DNA of 64,000 nt. It comes from Octopus vulgaris (Eukaryota). Under the pieces are notes generated by a model. The model searched no databases and was not told the DNA's origin. It saw only the letters and a list, made by a program, of their open reading frames with translations. Positions within the stretch are counted from its first letter, which is position 1; each line of letters begins with the position of its first letter. A program made the translations under genes and the position numbers. Location of the stretch: NCBI GenBank assembly GCA_951406725.2, contig OX597816.1, forward strand, positions 134,106,001 through 134,170,000. Reading direction: 5' to 3'. Shown one piece after another: positions 10,553 through 23,575 of the stretch.

Positions 10553-12668
10553 AGTTGAAACAAATACTGTGTAGCATACACTCGAGTGAAATTCCTCACC
10601 CCTTTATTATATATACGTACATTTGAACGTAGCAGATAATAGCTAGCCTACTCGGTTGTGTCTCTCTCTTTCCACTCTGGTACATATATGTATTATTCCA
10701 GCTTTCTGAACGGAGTCATTATTAGATGGTTTCACCACCTGAGACCACGTCCATCTAAAATGGTAACCCCGACGTTATAGATCACAATTCCATCTAAAAT
10801 GGCGACCCGACTTAGAACACGCAGTCTTTTGCGTAGTTCAATGCCACCTATCATTTTACTTCAATGACAAACCGTTCTTTCTAATTTCACCTCTTCGCTA
10901 CAGATTTGAACTTAGAACGTGAAGATTCTACCAGCTCGCTACCTTAAAATGCTAATAATACTACCTTAGACATTAAGACAACGGCTTTGTAGGAGAGACA
11001 ATTGAGATTGTCAGATGACTTCCTAGCTGTTTCCAAGAGCTGTAAACATCAATACATGGGTCGTGTAAAGTGTTTAGAACTGCTTCTACTGAATCTCAGT
11101 CTGCACTATTGTCAACGGTTATCCAAGAAGATATTTTGATATTAACCAAGAGACTAAGGCAGCAAACTGGTAGAATCATTAGCACACTGGGCAAAATGCT
11201 TTGCGGCATTTCGCCCGTCTTCACGCTTTGAGTTCAAATTCCGCCAAGGTTTACCTTTCATCCTTTAGAGGTCGATAAAATAGTCCCAGCTGAGCACTGG
11301 GGTCGATGTAATCGGCTTCCCCCTACCCGAAATTGCTGGCCTTTCGCCAAAATTTGAAACCGGTAAATTACCAATAGACTGAGGCGGTGAGCTGGCAGAA
11401 TCGTTACCATGCCGGACAAAATGATTAGTGGCATTTCTTCAGGTTTTACATGCCAAATTCAAATACTGCCGAGGTCGACTTTACTTTTTATCTTTTCAGA
11501 GTCGATTAATATAAAGTACCAGTTGATCACTGGAGTCTATGTAATCAACTAACCCCTCCTTCAAAATTTGAAGCCTTGTGCTTACAGAAGAAAGCATATT
11601 AATCAATTGGCTAAGAAGTAATAAGCTCTTGAAAAAAAAACAAAAAAACACACACACAAACAACAACAACAACAAAAAAAAAACAAGCAAAACATTGTGC
11701 AAAGCATTAAACTTTCTCACACAAGGCTGAGAACTTAACTTTGCTGTTTATTCATTTTTTTATGGGAACTTAGTTTATGGCAATAGATTTTAAAAAGAAT
11801 ATTGGAACCTTTCTCCGAAAACAATTTTGTCATTTTTCTAATGTTATTGTCGTGTCTCATTGTTTCTTACGCGATTCAGATCTCACATTATTGTGTAACT
11901 TAAAATACTTTTCGTAATATGTTGGGAACATTTGTTGCAAGAGCTATTTCTTTTGCAGCAATAAATATTTCTTTTTTGCCTAATAACTATATCTGTTATA
12001 AAGTCTGTGTTTTTTATTTTCTTTTTACATGGTAGACAGTTACAGACGATCCGACGTCGTATTATTACAGGTCCGATAAAGCAGTGAGCTGGCAGAGACG
12101 TTAGCACGCCGGGCGAAATGCTTAGCGGTGTTTCGTCTGCCGTTACGTTCTGAGTTCAAATTCCACCGAGGTCGACTTTCGGGGTCGATAAATTAAGTAC
12201 CAGTTACGCACCGGGGTCGATGTAATCGACTTAATCCGTTTGTCTGTCCTTGTTTGTCCCCTCTGTGTTTATCCCCTTGTGGGTTGTAAAGAAATAGGTA
12301 TTTCGTCTGCCGTTACGTTCTGAGTTCAAATTCCGCCGAGGTCGACTTAGCCTTTCATCCTTTCGAAGTCGAAAAAATTAAGTACCACTTGCGTACTGAG
12401 GTCGATTAATCGACTGGCCCCATCCCCAAAATTTCGGGCGTTAAGCCTTGAGTAGAAAAGATTATTGCAAGTCCGTTGATTTCTTTTCTTTACTAGATAC
12501 AATGTTGGTTTGCGTAGCGGGGGAATATAGTAGTGTTTATATTATCGACCAGCAATGTTGAAAAGTAAAGACAAATTTGTTATGATTTTTTTCTTCATCT
12601 TTACTTGTTTCAGTCACTGGATTGCAACCATGCAAGGGCACCGTCTTGAAGGGTTTAATTGAACCAGC

Positions 12669-14210
12669 TATAGCTTTGTAAAGCTATACAAACTAGTGGA
12701 AACGAGAATACATTTATCAAAGGTTTATTACTTTACGCACATCAGGGCTTAAGTCATCAGTTATTTCTGTTTAGTTCACTCAGATTCATTTCACACTCAC
12801 TGTTTACATTCTTTCATTTTCCTTCTCCTACCGGAAGTTCCTTTTCTTTTGCTGCTGACCAACTTCCTAGCTAGCCCGCAGCGAAGTTTCTGTCTACAGT
12901 TCGTCTGTCACGAATCCTGCCCTACATAGCTCCACCCTCACCCCCGAACTGTTGACTGTCATTAGAAACTGGAAGGCATTTTGTCCTGCCCATGCGTGTG
13001 GTTACTTGATTTTTTGGTGACTGTTCCTTGTCAAGGGTTGGTGTGATCTGTCTAGGACGGCCCCTGTTTGGTGGTTGGGCCACCTGAATGGGACTGTAAA
13101 TATCGAGATGGGCGGTTTCAGTCTATCGATGGAAACTGTCTTGTCCACCAATTAGGAGTTGGAATGCTTTATCTCCCGGATGTATGAATTGATATGGACC
13201 ATCGTAGGGTGACTGGAGGAGTTTTCTTCGTGTATTTTTATGAGCCGATGTTGAGAGAAAGAATGCGATGACCGTATGCCTCGATTGTGGAACCGTTGGT
13301 GGCAGTTGAAGGCTTCCGCTTTCCGTGACGGAGATCCCTTGCCGACGCCGGTATCACGCTGATTTCTGCTCCTGTGTCGATTAGGAACCTGCGTCTAGGG
13401 GCTGCGATCGCGGACATAGAGGAGCATTTGGTCATGTCTGCCGACCACCAGGGCGTTTAGTGGCGGCCGGCCCTGGAGTTTTCCTGGGTCACTGGTGAAG
13501 GGGTCCCGAATCCACATGGTTGTTTGCACTATGTCGCCTTTTTCCCGAACTTTGCATGGTAGATGCACAGGTCATCATGCTTAACTCTACCCCGTCTAGG
13601 GGCCAACCCTATGGTGTTGACCATGACACCACTGGATAAAAATTGTTTGTCAGCTGCCTTTGCTAAATGCCGCAGATCCTTGATTTCAGTCTGAGTTATG
13701 AGGGCCTGGACCTAGAGTGGCAGCTTGCGGAAGAATATTTCCTTAAGCAAAAAGGAAGGTGACTCACCGGGTGGGGGGACTAATGCCAACATGTTGTCTA
13801 TCAGTTCAGAAGGCTTGGAATCGCCTAATTCCTCTTCCAGTATCTTAGCTGCCGCTTCTCTTTCACTGTGTCAGTATGTATCTACTAGCCTATCTTTCAA
13901 TATAGCATATTTTTCGTTGGTGGGGGATGGGTTAAAATGTTCAGCACCTTCGTCTAGTGCCACCGCAACGTGCGAGTACTTCGTCTGATTGGCCGTTACC
14001 TTGTTTATATCGAATTGTGCTTCCACCTGTGCGAACCACAGTTCAGCCCTCTTAGGCCAGAACTGAGGTAGCCTCAGTGTTGTTTTGTTGCAAGCCATGT
14101 TTGTTTCGATAGCGAGAGCTGTTGTTCTATCGTCGGGGTCACCAGTTATAGCTTTGTTAAGCTGTACGCAAATAAACTAGTGGAGACGAGAACACATTTA
14201 TCAAAGTTCG
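12669..14210 (-). mobile_element. Internally deleted Ty3/Gypsy LTR retrotransposon
   Basis: Partial 5' LTR (14146-14210) matches the end of the 3' LTR (12669-12926). PBS TGGTGACCCCGACG (14144-14131) is complementary to the tRNA-Trp 3' end. Gag LRLPQFWPKRAELWFAQVEAQF, knuckle CIYHAKFG..CKQPC, protease FLIDTGAEISVIP, integrase C-terminus PYDGPY...VSIDRL, and a purine-rich PPT at 12945-12927. Confidence 0.92.
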
Positions 14211-14236
14211 ATTCCGAGTTTGATTCCAGGCAGTGA

Positions 14237-14240
<4 letters not shown>

Positions 14241-14308
<68 letters not shown>

Positions 14309-14315
14309 TAATAAT
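14241..14315. repeat. (AAT)n microsatellite truncating the Gypsy 5' LTR
   Basis: Read directly. Confidence 0.95.
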
Positions 14316-16398
14316 TTTTTGCTTTTTTTTTTGCTTATCTATTTTCATACTTACCTTCGGCAGTGCAGTACAAATTTTTGCGACATTTGGACCTCTATTT
14401 ATTAATGAAAACGAGTAAACACAATTTTTGTTTGTCATTTCTTGACGAAAATAACTTGGCTTCTGTGACGTCAATACACATACACACATACAGAATATAC
14501 ACACATATAATGAATGTCATGGCTTGTCACTCAACACAAACACACGTCCGCTATCCATGACATATACACACACATAGTCTTCGTATCTCTAAGAGAAAAA
14601 AAGACGTCGACTTTTTGACGTATACAATATTCTAATCCTTTAGAAATACTTCTAACTGAATGTGATTTCAAAAATGTAAATTATTTGTACAGTAAGTATT
14701 TATATTTTAGCTTTCTTTAAACAGAATATAATTTTAATGTTTTTAAAAAATTATTTTCAAGTCGTTAATTTCCGTGAATCGTGAATCGTAGTTTTTATTT
14801 GTTAGGAATCTGCCAACAGCTGTAAAGTACGTCACATGGTTTACTGATTTCTACACTGAAACAATATCACAAATATATAAGTGAAGAGTACAGTCAGTTG
14901 AATCAATCCCAGTGCATGCATAGTACTTATATTATCGGTGGATAAGAGCAGGATCGGATTTAGATCCACTAGGCCCTAAGCACTTAAAAGGTTTTGGTGC
15001 CCCCATACATATGTAATTCAAAATATAATCAATAATAAACCTCAAAGCAAATTTTTATTTTTCAAAATGAAACAAAACTAACAATAAGATGGAAAATAAT
15101 GTTTATTTTTGTACTCTTCCATTTTATTTATACCTAAAAAGTTTTCCCCTACTTTAATCAGATCCTCACTTCGAAAATATATTTCCGATCACATAAACCA
15201 CTTCGAATATTATTTTAGCTAGTTTAAAGTGATTTCTTTTGTGCCGTAAACCATTCATCACTTCTGTGGTACTCTAAACATGTGATTATTTTGCTTAATG
15301 GTTAATCCAGCGCTAGGTAAGAGGCATTAACTGACAAAATTCGGAATCCAGAATCATCATAATCGTCGTCGTCATCATCACCAACGTAATCGTCGTCATC
15401 TTAACACTCACTTTTCCAGGCTTGCTTGGATTAGACGGAATTTTTTAAGGCAGATTTTCTATCGCCGGATTCCCTTCCTGTCGCCAACCCCCACCTGTTT
15501 TTAAGCAAAGTAATACTCACTCATCTAGTTTATCGAACAACGAATAGAGTGGACATAATTACATTTTTTTGTTTCTTTTTTTCTTTTTTTTTTTTCTTTT
15601 TAAGTCAGAACCATGTAGTTACTTTCTTTGTAGCCTTTACGTTGTTCTTGGTGGCTCTACTTATTGCTGTGATGTTTGGAATTCCATAGACCTTTAACGA
15701 GCCAAATTTTGTCTCGCGCAATCGCAAGTATTACATACTTTGTTTTATCACCAAAGTTTATACGAAGCTTGACGCTGATTAAAACGACTCGTTTCTGACT
15801 TAATACCAGATTTTCATGCCAATCTATTGATTATGGATTTACATCTACCAAACCTCTCAACGTACATAAGAACCTATAATCAATTTTTTATGTGTTTCTC
15901 TAACTTTTTAAAGAAATTCAGAGAAAAGAATGCCAAGTTAATATCGAAAAATTATTTAGATATACCGAAAACCTTTCAAGAAATTACGCTTATGTATTTG
16001 TTTTACAAGATTTTTTATGTGAAACCGTGTGTTGAAACAGATATTGTTATACTCGGGTATGGTCGTATTTTTCCAATTAACCACTCGCACTATATATTTG
16101 GTCTTCACTTCAGATTTATTACTATTATTTTTTAAGACTAAACTAAAATAACGATAATAAAGCTGAAGTAAAGATTAAATATTTAGTGTATGTGTTTAAT
16201 TGGCAGAATACGACCATCTCCAAGTATAACAATATTTCAAGAAATGTCTCTGGATGCTGGCTTTCTTAGGTGGAGGTGCTTATCTCCCCTGTTTGAAAAC
16301 TTAAGGACACAGAACGCTTGTGTCGCGTAGCCAACTAGAAACGGTGTGTCTTGGGGTTAAAGAGCAGTAGCATTTTCCCCTTTCCTGGGACTGCCATA

Positions 16399-17630
16399 TT
16401 AAGTTGGCGACGAACCATCACTTTATGGTGCTGTTACTTAAATGTTTTAAAAGGTTGAATAAAAAATAATAATTAATTCATCAATAATGTATTCACCCTT
16501 GTTGTTTACAACTTCTTCCCAACGTTCAACAAGATTTTTCAATACCTCCCTGGTAGAAATGACCCGAAATCGACTCGAAAAATTGATCCAAAAAAGCTCT
16601 CAATTCTGCATCAGTATTGAACAAAACTTCGCGCATAGCATTTGAAAGAGATTGAAAATCCGTTGGTGCCAAATCAGGAGAGTACGGTGGGTGTAGCAGC
16701 ACTTCCCAGCCATGCGTTTGAATGGCTACCCTGGTCATATTGGTGATATGGTGGGCGTTGCCGTGCAGCAGAAGAACTCCATGCTGACGATTAGGTCTTT
16801 TCTGTTGAATAGCTGTGTTGAGTCGTTCCATCTGTTGAACAAAGAGTTCCTCGTTGACCGTTTGGTTCCGTTCAAGCAATTCATAATGGATAATCCCTTC
16901 CCAGTCCCACCATACGCACAACATCGTTTTACGTGGATGATGATCTTGTTTCACGCGCGGTGTCGCTTGTTTACTTGGGCTAAGCCATTCGTTACGCTGC
17001 TTCATATTGATGTACAGGCACCATTTTTCGTCGCCAGTAACGATTCGGTAAAGAAATCGTTGCTTCTGTCCATGAGTTGAGCGGTGACGAGCAAGCAAAC
17101 CAGCGGAGATTGTGGCTCGTTGATTTTTGTTGTCACTTAAAGCATGCGGAACCCATACTCCATACTTCTGAACCTTTCCCATCGAGTGAAGATGCTTCTC
17201 TATAGCAGTGTGGGAGCATTCCATTTTCTCTGCCAGTTCCCTTGTCGTTTGACGAGAATTTTCGTGCAAAAGTTGGTTTAATCACTCTTCATCAAACTCA
17301 ACTGGACGGCCAGAACGAGGTACGTCTTTGAGGTCAAAATTTCCATTTTTGAACTCGGCATACCAATCACGAGCGGTTCTTTCAGCTATGGCACACTCTC
17401 CATACACAGCACAAATGTCACGAGCAACTTTTGTGGCCTTAGAACCTTGGTTAAAAGCAAAAAGAAGGAGGCATCGAAAATGCTCGTTTTTCTTAACTTG
17501 ACATTCCATTTTAAATATCTGAAAATAAATAAAAAATTAACTAAAATTAACTAGAAAAAAAAAAGATTCCAAAATTTAAAAACGCAATAAATTCCAAAAT
17601 TAAAAAAACGACAGGAACTTAGTTGCCAAC

Positions 17631-17634
<4 letters not shown>
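16399..17634 (-). mobile_element. Near full-length mariner (DD34D) transposon with inactivated transposase (17509 to ~16470)
   Basis: HTH region, WVPHAL, IVTGDEKW, LLHGNA (normally HDNA) and YSPDLAPTDF. One in-frame TGA at 17284-17282 and a C-terminal frameshift. TIR TTGGGTTGGCAACTAAG at the right end, degraded TTAAGTTGGCGACGAA at the left, TA flanks. Confidence 0.95.

Positions 17635-17709
<75 letters not shown>
17635..17709. repeat. (TA)n microsatellite at the mariner end
   Basis: Read directly; continuous with the TA target site. Confidence 0.95.
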
Positions 17710-17713
<4 letters not shown>

Positions 17714-18464
17714 TTATTTACTTATTTGTGTGTCTTTGTGTCAGTGTTTGTCCAACCCCACCAAATTGCTTGACGACCGATGTTGGTGTATTTACATCCT
17801 CGTAACTTAGCGGTTCGGCAAAAGTAACCGATAGAATAAGTACTAGGCTTACAAAGAGTAAGTCCTGGGGTCGATTTAATTGGCTAAAAAAACCCTTTAA
17901 GGCAGTGTTCCAGTATGGCCACAGTCAAATAGCTGAAACAAGTAAAAGAATAAAAGAATGAAATGAATTATTCCTTTTCCTAGATGTAAGACAAGAATAT
18001 TTATTGACTGAAGGAATCGAGTGCTTTTTTTATTTGCTCCTCACTGTTTAGCAATTTATCGAGGCATCTCAGTAGGTTAAACGCAAACAGAAATCTGTTT
18101 CAACAATAATTACACGACAGCTCGGTTTATATAAAATGAAATAAAATACAACAATAATACGAAAGAAAGAAAGAAAGAAAGAAAGGAAGAAAGAAAGAAA
18201 GGAAGAAAGAAAGAAAGAAAGGAAGAAAGAAAGAAAGCAGTAAATAATCCGTCAATGGAGTAGAAATAGTATTTGTTGGCCAAAGATCAAAATGTTACAG
18301 ATTAAATCGCCTTAAAACTCCTTGTGACTCATCGTCTATTCTTGTAGTCATTTTCACTTGTATGTTTGTGTGCTATTGACATTTACGCGCATATAAACAC
18401 GCACATAGCGCACGAGCGAGTGAGGGTGAGGGGCATACACACATTCGCGCGCGCGCAATACACG

Positions 18465-18516
<52 letters not shown>

Positions 18517-18611
18517 CACGCACACGCCTTGCTACATTATATATTTTTATATCGGTCAAACACATTTTTAACGGATATAAAACTGAATGCTTCAAAATTA
18601 AATCTATCATC

Positions 18612-19146
18612 AGAATTCGGGTTTAAGCACCTCATACAACCCCTCATAACTTATTTAGTTTTTCGAATTTTCAGAAAATTTTTGCGAATTTGTTTTCTAC
18701 TCACGGGAATTCATACGATTATGAAAAAAAATTATTTAAAATTTTTTTAACCCCCTCTCCATCCCATATATCCTAAAAATTTCCACCCATTTCGATTTTT
18801 TTAAAATCAATGTTTAAAATACGGACAGCCCGTACTTTTTTTGTTTAATTCCCAGCAATGGACCGTCCTTCGGTACATCATCATTCCATTAAATGTGTTT
18901 ATGGGGAGAAAAATATTGAAAGACCTTAATACATTCACTTTGTACGTCATGTGACAAAGAAACAAGAAAGGTACCTGCTGGTCGTGCGGTGTGCTAAAAA
19001 CACCAGCTAAATCACCACCTTTAAATCACATACAAAATATTTCTTTTGCAAAACCGTCTAAAACAAATTCGCAAAAATTTTCTGAAAATTCCAAAAAATA
19101 AAAAAAGTTATGAGGGCTTATATGGGACACTTAAAACCAGAATTCC
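18612..19146. mobile_element. Foldback / DNA-transposon remnant with ~85-bp inverted arms
   Basis: GAATTCGGGTTTAAG...CCCTCATAACTT...GAATTTTCAGAAAATTTTTGCGAATTTGTTT (18612-18696) is mirrored at 19061-19146. Confidence 0.7.
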
Positions 19147-19718
19147 AACGGAATCGTCCAAAGAGAAGGAAAAAAAAATAGCACCTTCCTTGGACTATTC
19201 TTTTTCTTTCTCTCGGCACCCTTTCTCTCTCCTCTTTCTGAAAAGAGCCATACTCGAAATACACCCGTCTTTTTGCCATCTTAAACTGAGCGTCAACCTA
19301 ATACATTCACTTTGTACGTCATTGTAACTTTTGCCTTTATTTTTATTTTCAATTTTACCTATTATCGCACGCTCACACGGATCTTCTACGGCCTTCTGAC
19401 GATGATTTTGAGTACCTAATTCTTGGATTTCCCTGCACCAAATTACCATACCATAATTAACTGATTCTCCTACTGATTACGCTACACATTGAATTCTCTC
19501 GGAGTACGTCGTTTTTATACCTTTGATTATGTATCCTATTTAATGTATATACACCAGTGATAGACCCGTTACTGTGGGGTTCGTTCTGAGATAACATCCC
19601 TTATGGACGTACTGTGCTAAAAACAATAAATATCGGTGGGTCAAAATTTATTCGGACCTCTTGCTGTATTGTGAAAAAAAATCTTTGTCTGCTGATCTAG
19701 CAAGTTTAAGTGATTTAT

Positions 19719-19761
19719 ACTATGCTGATGAGGTCTAATTATACCGAAACATGTCCACAGT
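19719..19761 (+). ncRNA. Minimal type-I hammerhead ribozyme (Penelope-associated type)
   Basis: ACTATG-CTGATGA-GGT-ctaattat-ACC-GAAA-CATGTC-CACAGT. The core is intact, stem II is GGT/ACC, stem III is the palindrome ACATGT, the cleavage triplet is GUC, and stem I pairs at 5 of 6 positions. Confidence 0.75.
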
Positions 19762-20089
19762 TCACCCTTGCCAGCATATAAGAGGAAGATTTTTCTTTCT
19801 CCAACTAAAATGAAAATTTTAACCAATTAAGAATATTTTCCGTAAAGTAACTAAATAGTGAAGGCGAGTGGTTCCGCTCTCTGCCGATTCTGCCATTAAC
19901 TGCTGTACATCTGACTCTAAGATATACTCAAAGTGTTGTGTTTTAATTACAGTTTTATAACAATTACAATTCTATATCAAGGCGTAAGAAGTTTTGTGAC
20001 TTCGAATCGCATCAGTAGAAGATACCAATGGCACACAACTCTCAAACCCTCTAGAAAGAAAATGGCGCCAGGTTGTAATGTTCGGCTTC

Positions 20090-20154
<65 letters not shown>

Positions 20155-20829
20155 TGGGTAAATTTTGACCCTTATGCTCCCCTTCAGGGGAGCGTAAACC
20201 AACCTTATTTATTTGGTGTTTAATTGAGGAAGTTGTATTTTGCAGGCCGTGCGTCGCCAGAAAAGCAATACTTACTCTCCACGAGTTACATTCAACAGTA
20301 AAGTATATTTAACTGTAAACAAATATCTCGAAGAAAAGTAGTTTATTGTTATCAGCAATAAAATACTTTTCAGTCATTTTGATTGACAAGTATTTTATTT
20401 GCTTGCAGTACTCAAATCATTTAATGAATTTATATTGACCTTGCTAGATTGACTTGGCAGAGACACACACAACGTGGAAAACGACAGATCTTTAGCGAAT
20501 CCTCAAATGATTTCATGACTCTGTGTGTGTGTGTGTGTGTGTATGTGTGTGTGATACACACACACATACACAATCAGTTGTTCATAACTGAGAAGAAAAG
20601 CACGCTAAAAGAAAACTTGAGTGGTTAGATTTTTATATCGTCAAGTACTATATCACTGGTTATGGCACATAAGTGGTCAGAATGTTACTGACGATTCTAC
20701 AGACACTCTGGCTGAAATCGCACATCCTCTTTTATGTTGGAGGTAAATATACAATCTTGGTTCGTGTGATGATGATAAAAAAATGTGGAACAAAAAAATG
20801 ATGGACTGTTAAAACATTTTCCTGGAGGA

Positions 20830-22330
20830 AAGAAAGTTGCCCGTCATACATGAAGTCAGCTGTGGCAGAAGGGGGTTATCTATGCGTGTGTACATGATTT
20901 TCGTTCTTTAGTACGGTAAACGGGATAATCACGCTGCTAAAACGAATTTCCTTTCATGAGGGCAGCAACAAAATATCTGACTTTTGATTTCAAGAAGGTA
21001 CCCGGATCAAGTGAATATTTTTAGATTCTCCTCTCAGCCAAGCAAAGCCTGCAACATCTACTTCCGGCTGTTTCCAAATGATTTTGTACGGCATTTCTTC
21101 CTCTTTTAATCGCCAAACATAGTTGCGCTTCATTTAGATTCTAAAAGAGGATCTGTAATTATTTAACCTGGTCTTAAAGAGACCATCCGTTGCCCCATCA
21201 TATTTTTGTATGTGTTCCTCTGATGTTGTTGTTGGACAATACTACCTCTGTTTCGTATACCACGACCTCTGTGTTGCACTGACCATTCACTGGGTACACA
21301 CTGTTAATCTACGCGAGCATCTTGCCATTGCGCAGGCTTTAGGGCGTTCACTAATATTTTTTTATACTAGATGCACAACTAAGCGAGAACCTTAAGTTAT
21401 GCCTATTGAATTTCTTATATTTATGGGACTGTGAGAAATGTTTATCTACTAATCTAAAGAAGGACCTTCCCATGCAGATATGCCTTTGTTCTGACTTATG
21501 GACAAGAAACCAATAATTTTCACGCTCCATTTGTCGCAGATTAAAGCAATAATAACATCACTCTAGAAAAGCTTCTATTTTGTAATTTAGTTAGAAATTT
21601 ACTACTCTCGCGAATTTACTTACTATATAATTGTGTATCAAAACTAGGATTAAATTGTCTTGTTAATCATTAAAACCAGGTCAAATCACAAGGTCTATAA
21701 GAGTATTAATAACCTCAAACAGTAAAGCCCTTCTATATGTTATTTTTCCGCACCTTTTTACTTACGCTGCAAACACGCTATGCTCTAATCTACTAGGTGT
21801 GTAGCTATCGGTGTTAGGCAGAGTAATTGTTTTAAAAATGAATTCGCTTGTCATATTGTACACATTAATAACTAAAGATTTATCACAAATCTCAAACGAA
21901 ACGTCCAGATAATTAATCTTAATATCTTTACCATTTCTGCTATCCTTCAAATAAATGTATCTAGATAAACTTAATTTCGTTATTTTCTGTAGATCACTTA
22001 GAAATCTAGACTCACATCAAGATAAGAATAAGTTGTTTAGCAATTATCTACATGAAAATGCCTCTAACTTGTCAAGATATTTCATTCCCAATCGAAATAT
22101 TACGCTTTATTTAAAACAAACTTAGCTCTTGTTTGTACTACAGTATTTCTCGATTGAAATATAGACCTACTAGAACCTGGTCCTAGTAGGTCTATATTTC
22201 GCCCAAATTTTTCTTTTAATTGCCTATAGTTTTCTGTGTCAATAACAACACGTTTCATGTCTTCTGGGTAGTCCTTTTCTGGTATATTTACTTTTATAAC
22301 TGTTTTTATTTTATTTAACTTTTTCTCAAT
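20830..22330 (-). mobile_element. Degenerate Penelope-like retroelement (RT thumb plus GIY-YIG endonuclease)
   Basis: INYLDVSFEI..LVINVYN..EFIF; YPVNGQCNTEVVVYETEV; YDGATDGLFKTRLNNYRSSFR; YVWRLKEEEMPYKIIWK; CRLCLAER; CPHERKF. Confidence 0.8.
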
Positions 22331-22339
22331 GGCCGAGTC

Positions 22340-23575
22340 TTTATATAGATCATAAAGTATATCTTGTTTCTATGCTCGGCCAGAGAGGTATGTCAGGTGT
22401 GTCTGTGTATCTATTTGTGTGTCTGTATACCTATTGGGAGAAGCTGGGTTGTTTGCGGTGATGGGTTTTTTTCTGGGGGTCTCTGCAGAGGTGAGGTGGA
22501 TGTGCTATCTGTCTGTTTTTTCTGCGTGTTTAGTAATGTGTATTATCCAATATCCTCCTCCTGTTTTTTCTTTGTCTTTTTTGGATATGAGTTTTTTGGC
22601 TCCTTCCTCTTCTTGCTTGGAATTTTCTGGTATTCTTCAACTGTATGTGTTATTTCTGTGTTTTTAACGTCGTCATTCTTCTCGTCTTGGTTTTCCTCCT
22701 CTGGCATTTGGTTATTGATCTAGGGACAATTTGCTTTTATATGTCTCCTCTCCTTACAGTGTTAGCAGGTGGGAGGTCTCACCTCTACCATCACTCGTAG
22801 CTTTACATCTTCCTCGCATATCTCTTCCAGATCTAGTTGGGTGGCCTGGATTGTAACTGCCAAACCATAGTTCATTTGCTTTGTCCTTGTTCCCGTCAAT
22901 ATTGCAGCTATAAGCCACATTTCAGCTATCTCGGGGAGCACTCTGCCAATCCTCATTCTCGCAAAACACTTGCCGAGATAGGTTGGTAGGAGCACCCCTT
23001 CCTCCGTCTTCAATGCCTCTATCGTGGTAAAACTCACTTTTACTGTGCCGAAACGTCTTCCTCTACTGTAGAATACAATGTTGTCATTGATTCTTTGGAA
23101 GCAACTTTCTATTGCCTCCTCACTCACCATCTCAATTTTCCTGCTTTTCAAGGATATGGTTCTGTATATCAACATTTTTTTTGTTTTTTCAATATGGTAA
23201 CAACTTCAGTGGGGATCAATTTCAACCTTCATCCTTTCCTCTGTATCAACTGTCTGCTTTCTTCCAATTCTTACTCATCCACCACCACCTCCTCAATTTC
23301 GAGGTGGCTGCATTCTTTTCATGGCTGGCTACGGAAGCGTAGCTCCAGGCTCGAGCAGGCTCGGGCGTCTGGACCACTTCCATAGTTTTACTCATTTTCG
23401 CCCCTAAATGGGGAAAAGACAACAAACAAAACCACAGCCCGCAGGCAAAACAGTTACAACTTTCAAGAAAATCAACAGTAGGCACTAAGCCTTTAACAAT
23501 TAATTTAACAAGCGTACTCAACTGAAAAAGCCGTAGCGTATGAACGCGGAAACTAAAATTAGTCGTTCACTCAGA
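22340..23575 (-). mobile_element. 5' part of a non-LTR retrotransposon (L1/Tx1-like ORF1, degenerate)
   Basis: SYASVA motif, RRM-like FGTVKVSFTT, then EVRPPTC*HCKERRHIKANCP (CCHC knuckle) and a low-complexity K/E/T tail. Confidence 0.7.

Noticed and set aside
12085-12170. tRNA-like A/B boxes
   Set aside because: These are SINE heads, repeated many times in the window, and do not fold into a complete cloverleaf.
14157-14504. ORFs with poly-I/N, ER, CV or YI runs (also 9045-9345, 17623-17805, 18366-18626, 19933-20223, 24967-25149)
   Set aside because: Translations of microsatellites.
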